Both the position numbers and the translations under genes were made by a program. Positions 15,121-18,969 of a stretch of DNA of 18,969 nt are shown here, in pieces. Below the pieces are notes generated by a model that had not been told where the DNA came from, ran no database searches, and saw only the letters and a list, made by a program, of their open reading frames with translations. Origin of the DNA: a candidate division WOR-3 bacterium (GTDB lineage: Bacteria; Hydrothermota; Tepidihabitantia; Tepidihabitantales; Tepidihabitantaceae); NCBI GenBank assembly GCA_965648905.1, contig CBFGIT010000045.1, forward strand, positions 1 to 18,969, read 5' to 3'. Each line of letters starts with the position of its first letter. Position 1 is the first letter of the stretch.

Positions 15121-16527
15121 TCAGTCCTGAACCACGACTCTGCGGAGTGTTGACGGCTCAGAGCGGGCGAAGTAGACACCCGGCGCGAGGTGCGAGATGC
15201 TGTTCGCGCCGGCGCGCAAGTCCGTCACCTTCCGGCCTGAGATATCGAGCAGCACGGCGCAGGACAGCCCCAGTGCGTCAGACGCAGCAGGCTGAGGTGC
15301 GGTTCCTGCGTCGAGCCGCAGGGTGCCGCGCACAAGCGTCGCACCGGGCTTCGTGCGCCGGGCTTCAGGAGTCGGGCGCTCTTCTTTGAGTCCCACGGTT
15401 CCCGTGTCCCTGAGCACCGACACGGTCGAGTCTCCGCTGTTGGCCACGTAGACCCGGTTCTCAAACGGGTTGTGAACCAAGGCGCAGGGCCCGATACCGA
15501 CCGCCACGGTCCCAACCACCTGGTTCGTTGCACCGTCAATTACGGTCACGTCATTGCTCGCGAAGTTGGCGCAGTAGACCGTGTTACTGCCGGAGTTCCA
15601 GCACAGGGCCAGCGGGTGGCTGCCTGCCGGCAAGGTTGCCAGTACTTCGTTCGTTGGACCGTCAAGGACCGTCACGCTGCCGTCGTACTCGTTGGCGCAG
15701 TAGACCCGGTTGTTGCGCGGGTTGAAGCACAGGGCGCTGGGCACGTCGCCGACCGTGACCGATACGATGGCACGGTTCGCACCCGCGTCGACCACAGTTA
15801 CGTTCTTGCCAAAGTGGTTCGCGCAGTAGACCTTGTTCTCCTGCGGGTTGTAGAGGATGGCCCAGGGGTGGTCGCCGGAGAAGACTGTGGCGATGACCTG
15901 GTTGGTTTCGCCGTCAATGACGCTCAAGTCGTCGCTCTCCATGTTGGCGCAGTAGACCCGGTTGTCGCGCGTGGCGCAGCAGAACGCCCACGGATTGACG
16001 CCGGTGTGCACGGTGGCAAGAATTGAGTCCTGTCTGCCGTCGATGATAGTGACGTCGTCGCTCACGAAGTTACCGCAGTAGACCTTGTTCTCCTGCTCGT
16101 TGCAGCCCAGCGCATAGGGGCAGTCGCCAGCCGGCACGAGTGCCGTTACCTGGTTGGTCGTGCCGTTGATAACGCTCACGTTGTCATTGTGGTAGTTCGC
16201 GCAGTAGACCTTGTTCTCCTGCCGGTTATAGAGGATGGCATAGACCGCGGAGCCGGTTGGGATGCGGGCAACCTTCTGGTTGGTCGCGCCATCGATGGCG
16301 ACCACACAGTTGCCGTGCTCGCCGCCGACATAGACCGTGTTGCTAGTGGAGTTGTATGCGAGGCAGCGGGGCACGGCGAGCGTACCGAGCGAATCCGACA
16401 AACGGATGGTCGCCTCGAGGTATTGGCCTTTCGCTCCGGGCGAAGTCAGCAGGCAGAGCATAGAGGCGACAGTGCAGAGCTGAGCGGAGCGGAGACAAGG
16501 AAAGCGGGTGGAGGTCTTTCCGGTCAT
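15121..16527 (-). CDS. Secreted YVTN/YncE-type beta-propeller protein (8 blades) with a short T9SS-like CTD, 468 aa
   Basis: Eight ~42-aa repeats P.Al..N...N(K/R/T)VY(C/V)AN....VxVIDGxTNxV. Start moved to ATG 16527, 4 nt after the YkgJ stop, because the longer ORF overlaps that gene. Tail LLDISGRKVTDLRAGANSISHLAPGVYF. Confidence 0.9.
   Translation of the reverse strand: MTGKTSTRFPCLRSAQLCTVASMLCLLTSPGAKGQYLEATIRLSDSLGTLAVPRCLAYNSTSNTVYVGGEHGNCVVAIDGATNQKVARIPTGSAVYAILYNRQENKVYCANYHNDNVSVINGTTNQVTALVPAGDCPYALGCNEQENKVYCGNFVSDDVTIIDGRQDSILATVHTGVNPWAFCCATRDNRVYCANMESDDLSVIDGETNQVIATVFSGDHPWAILYNPQENKVYCANHFGKNVTVVDAGANRAIVSVTVGDVPSALCFNPRNNRVYCANEYDGSVTVLDGPTNEVLATLPAGSHPLALCWNSGSNTVYCANFASNDVTVIDGATNQVVGTVAVGIGPCALVHNPFENRVYVANSGDSTVSVLRDTGTVGLKEERPTPEARRTKPGATLVRGTLRLDAGTAPQPAASDALGLSCAVLLDISGRKVTDLRAGANSISHLAPGVYFARSEPSTLRRVVVQD
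15258..15310. repeat. Imperfect palindrome in frame within the YVTN CTD
   Basis: Outer arms CGCAGGA (15258-15264) / TCCTGCG (15304-15310); inner TGCGTC-a-GACGCA (15274-15286). Confidence 0.55.
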
Positions 16528-16531
16528 GGTG

Positions 16532-17077
16532 TCACTCAGACCAGTTACGCCACCGACGTTCCTGTTCGATACTGCTGACTTCGTCCTTGAGCCGTTCCAC
16601 GACGTTGAAGACAATCGGACAGAGACCGTAGTTCCACATCACCATCAGAGTACGATGGTTGAAGTCGGGCTTGTGGAGGAAAGGGAATTCGGCGCAGGCT
16701 TTGGGCCGGCTTGCGTACTGCGAACACCGGTTGCCCTCGAGCAGCGGACAGGGTTTGGCGCGGAACAGGAACCGACCCGGGTCTGCCTCAGCCTCTCTGA
16801 GGAAGGCACGCTTGAACTGCTCGGGCGTCAGTTGCAGGGACTTTGCCAGCCGTTTCACATCTGCGGGCCCAAGCGTCGGGGACATCTCGCGGCAGCAGTT
16901 GGCACAGGTCGGGCAGTCAATCTGCCGTGTGACCTCGGCAGTGAGTTTGCGCACGATCCGGTCGAGCCGCCGCTCGGAGATGTTACATCCCTTGAGCCAT
17001 CTCCGGAAATCCGCGTTCTCCTGTTCCCGTTTGCGGGCCAGTTCGTGGATTCGCCCGAGGTCGGTCTCAAGATACAT
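16532..17077 (-). CDS. YkgJ family cysteine-cluster (CxxCxxCC) protein, putative Zn/Fe-S binding, 181 aa
   Basis: IDCPTCANCCRE and KPCPLLEGNRCSQYASRPKACAEFP motifs, plus a C-terminal CPIVFNV. ATG lies 2 nt after the upstream TAG. Confidence 0.9.
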   Translation of the reverse strand: MYLETDLGRIHELARKREQENADFRRWLKGCNISERRLDRIVRKLTAEVTRQIDCPTCANCCREMSPTLGPADVKRLAKSLQLTPEQFKRAFLREAEADPGRFLFRAKPCPLLEGNRCSQYASRPKACAEFPFLHKPDFNHRTLMVMWNYGLCPIVFNVVERLKDEVSSIEQERRWRNWSE

Positions 17078-17079
17078 GG

Positions 17080-18519
17080 CTAGCGCAGAATCATTACTTT
17101 GGTGGTCGCCCCACGCCCATCGCCAGGTGCCCGCACGAAGTACACGCCAGGCGCCAGGTGCGAGATGTCGTTCGAGCCGGGCCTGAGGTCCGCGACCCTG
17201 CGGCCGGTCGCGTCGAGCAGGGCGCCGCGCCCTGGGACACGATCCGAAATGCCGGGCATTTCGGTCATGTCCCGCGGCAGCCGCAGTACGCCACGCACGA
17301 TGGTCGCACGTCCGGCGGCCCGCGAAGGACGGCTCGCTACTTCCGTCAGCGCGGTGGCGTTCGCGGTGGTGTCACGCATGTAGTAGATCTCACCGTACTC
17401 TGAGTCGCGGAAGTCGGTCCAGGCAATGTGGACGCCTGTGCCGAGTACCGCCACGCAGGGCGACACGGACCAGTGCTCAGGCGTCGTGGTCAGGGCGGTG
17501 TCGGTAGACCAGCGACCGCCACCGTAGCTGCGGTTGAACTTGTACATGATGAAGGACGTCCCGTACAGCGCCTCCCACGCGACATAGACGTTCGGGTCTG
17601 ATACCGCGATGGACGGATTGTACGTCCCGGTCGTGTCCGTGGTCAGGCGCACCTCTGGCTGCCAGGTGATGCCGCCGTCGGTGGTACGACGGTGGCAAAG
17701 CTCGAACGGGGCATAACGGGTGTCCCACCAGACGACCTGAACGATCCAGCCCGAGTTGGTGGCTGCGACGCAGGGGTTGTACGAGCCGGTCGTCAGGTCG
17801 CCGGAGAGCCTGGTCGCCGCGGTATCCCACGACCCGCCGTGGTCGGTCGAGCGCAGATAGTAGACCTCGAAGCTGTGGTCCCGCCAGTCGCGCCACACGA
17901 GATGGACCATGCTGTTGCCTGCGGCCAGCGACGGATACCACGACTCCTGCATGTCGAAGGTGAGGCGGCGACGGTCAACCCAGGTCGCTCCATTGTCGGT
18001 CGAGCGCTGGAAGTATATCTCCCGACCAACCGTATCGCTTGCCCAGGCTACATACACGTAGAAGTCTGTTGCCGCGACGCACGGGTTGCGCGACATGTAG
18101 TTGTCGTTGGTCAGGCGCTGTTCAGACTCCCAGGTCAGGCCGCCGTCGGTCGAGCGGCGGTAGTAGACTTCGGAGTTGTACCCGTTTCGACTGTCTTCCC
18201 AGACAAGGTGAACATTGTCACCCGCTACTGCCAGCGATGGGTCGACCTTCGCTCCTGCACCCGATGTCAGGGCAGTATCGCCAGACCATGTTGTGCCGAG
18301 GTCGGTCGAGCGCTTGTAGAAGACCTGGTCGATGCCAGTACGATGGTCGTACCAGACCAGGTGCAGTGTCGAGCCTGAACCGGCCAGGCAGTGGACGTTG
18401 TTGAAAGACGTATGCGACGCGCTGTCGTCATAGGTGAGGCGCACAGGCGGCTCCCAAGCTCCAAGGGCAGGCAAAGCAAGAAGCCAGATGGCAAGAACCA
18501 GGACATGGAACCTCAACAC
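17080..18519 (-). CDS. Secreted BNR/Asp-box (sialidase-like fold) beta-propeller protein with a short T9SS-like CTD, 479 aa
   Basis: AGGAGG RBS close to the GTG and signal MLRFHVLVLAIWLLALPALG. Asp boxes RSTDLGTTW, RSTDGGLTW, RSTDNGATW, RSTDHGGSW and RTTDGGITW, plus a degenerate sixth. Tail LLDATGRRVADLRPGSNDISHLAPGVYFVR. Confidence 0.9.
   Translation of the reverse strand: MLRFHVLVLAIWLLALPALGAWEPPVRLTYDDSASHTSFNNVHCLAGSGSTLHLVWYDHRTGIDQVFYKRSTDLGTTWSGDTALTSGAGAKVDPSLAVAGDNVHLVWEDSRNGYNSEVYYRRSTDGGLTWESEQRLTNDNYMSRNPCVAATDFYVYVAWASDTVGREIYFQRSTDNGATWVDRRRLTFDMQESWYPSLAAGNSMVHLVWRDWRDHSFEVYYLRSTDHGGSWDTAATRLSGDLTTGSYNPCVAATNSGWIVQVVWWDTRYAPFELCHRRTTDGGITWQPEVRLTTDTTGTYNPSIAVSDPNVYVAWEALYGTSFIMYKFNRSYGGGRWSTDTALTTTPEHWSVSPCVAVLGTGVHIAWTDFRDSEYGEIYYMRDTTANATALTEVASRPSRAAGRATIVRGVLRLPRDMTEMPGISDRVPGRGALLDATGRRVADLRPGSNDISHLAPGVYFVRAPGDGRGATTKVMILR
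17167..17223. repeat. 57-bp direct repeat, copy 1 (CTD constant segment)
   Basis: 56/57 identical to 18601-18657 by direct comparison. Confidence 0.95.
17234..17273. repeat. 40-bp palindromic element in frame within the Asp-box CTD
   Basis: GGGACACGAT-CCGAAATGC-cgg-GCATTTCGG-TCATGTCCC: a 9-bp perfect inner stem plus a GGGACA/TGTCCC outer stem. Encodes RDMTEMPGISDRVP on the minus strand. Confidence 0.88.
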
Positions 18520-18525
18520 GACCTC

Positions 18526-18969
18526 CTATTTCGTCACGAAGACCTTGGACACGCTTGACGCATGGCGCACGAAGTAGACGCCCGGGGCGAGCTGCCGCAC
18601 GTCGTTCGAGCCGGGCCTGATGTCCGCGACCCTGCGGCCGGTCGCGTCGAGCAGGGCCATTCTAGACTTCAGATTGCAGACTGCAGACTGCAACATGAGC
18701 TTGCCCCGGACGATCGTGGCATTCGCCATTTGGACCTCGAACTTTACCATTTCCTCCATGCCGGTCCCGACGTACTCGTCCCAGCCGACGTCGTAGTAGA
18801 GCAGGCTGCCTGAGCCGCGGTTGGGTGAGTTCGGGTCATCGTAGCGCGCTTCGCCTTCGAAGTCGAATTCGGGCGTGTTGGTACTGGTGCCAGCATCGAT
18901 GCAGCGGGAAGGACTCGCCAGTCTGAACCATGTCGTGTCCGCGAAGTTGGGAAATGAGTCGAAGTTGCC
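18526..18969 (-). CDS. Partial (5' end outside window) secreted protein ending in a choice-of-anchor-Q-like domain (typical of beta-helix proteins) and a short T9SS-like CTD
   Basis: The frame is open to the window edge. Hand translation: GNFDSFPNFADTTWFRLASPSRCIDAG...DFEGEARYDDP...YDVGWDEY, then ATIVRG...LLDATGRRVADIRPGSNDVRQLAPGVYFVR...KVFVTK. Confidence 0.85.
   Translation of the reverse strand, partial: GNFDSFPNFADTTWFRLASPSRCIDAGTSTNTPEFDFEGEARYDDPNSPNRGSGSLLYYDVGWDEYVGTGMEEMVKFEVQMANATIVRGKLMLQSAVCNLKSRMALLDATGRRVADIRPGSNDVRQLAPGVYFVRHASSVSKVFVTK
18601..18657. repeat. 57-bp direct repeat, copy 2 (CTD constant segment)
   Basis: Single mismatch against 17167-17223 (T18621 vs G17187). 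Confidence 0.95.
18659..18693 (-). repeat. In-frame 7-bp tandem repeat (5 units) inside the CTD
   Basis: Minus strand ttgcagt ctgcagt ctgcaat ctgaagt ctagaat, encoding LQSAVCNLKSRM. Confidence 0.85.

Noticed and set aside
17080..18519. True sialidase activity
   Set aside because: Asp boxes are present but no (F/Y)RIP motif is evident; the call is fold-level only.
17167..18657. Diversity-generating retroelement TR/VR pair or CRISPR repeats
   Set aside because: There are only two copies, both in coding CTD sequence, with a single mismatch. No reverse transcriptase, cas genes or spacer structure occur in the window.

Overview
GC-rich bacterial DNA dominated by secreted and cell-envelope proteins. 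The short C-terminal tail style (ATIVRGxL...LLDxxGRxVxDLRPGxND.S.LAPGVYF) suggests an FCB-group organism, possibly candidate phylum WOR-3; this is inferred from motif style, not from a search. Left to right: a 3x carboxypeptidase-regulatory-like repeat protein (-); a catalytically degenerate 2H phosphoesterase (-); an M28 peptidase with FN3 domains and a T9SS-type C-terminal domain (CTD) (+); a minus-strand operon of a 1757-aa protein with 15 CARDB-like repeats and an FlgD-Ig-like tail, a PorV/PorQ(UPF0164)-like barrel fused to CRD and OmpA/MotB-like domains, and a small exported protein; a C39-like cysteine peptidase with CTD (+); a 12-bp periodic array; and a minus-strand run of a partial choice-of-anchor-Q/CTD protein, an Asp-box propeller/CTD, a YkgJ Cys-cluster protein and a YVTN propeller/CTD. 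The most interesting signals are (1) the giant repeat protein translationally coupled to a barrel-CRD-OmpA fusion that resembles a one-gene PorP/PorE-like anchor, and (2) sorting domains built from near-identical constant DNA interrupted at a fixed site by in-frame hairpins or 7-bp microsatellites. No rRNA, tRNA, CRISPR array, transposase or reverse transcriptase was seen. All family calls come from motif recognition by eye.
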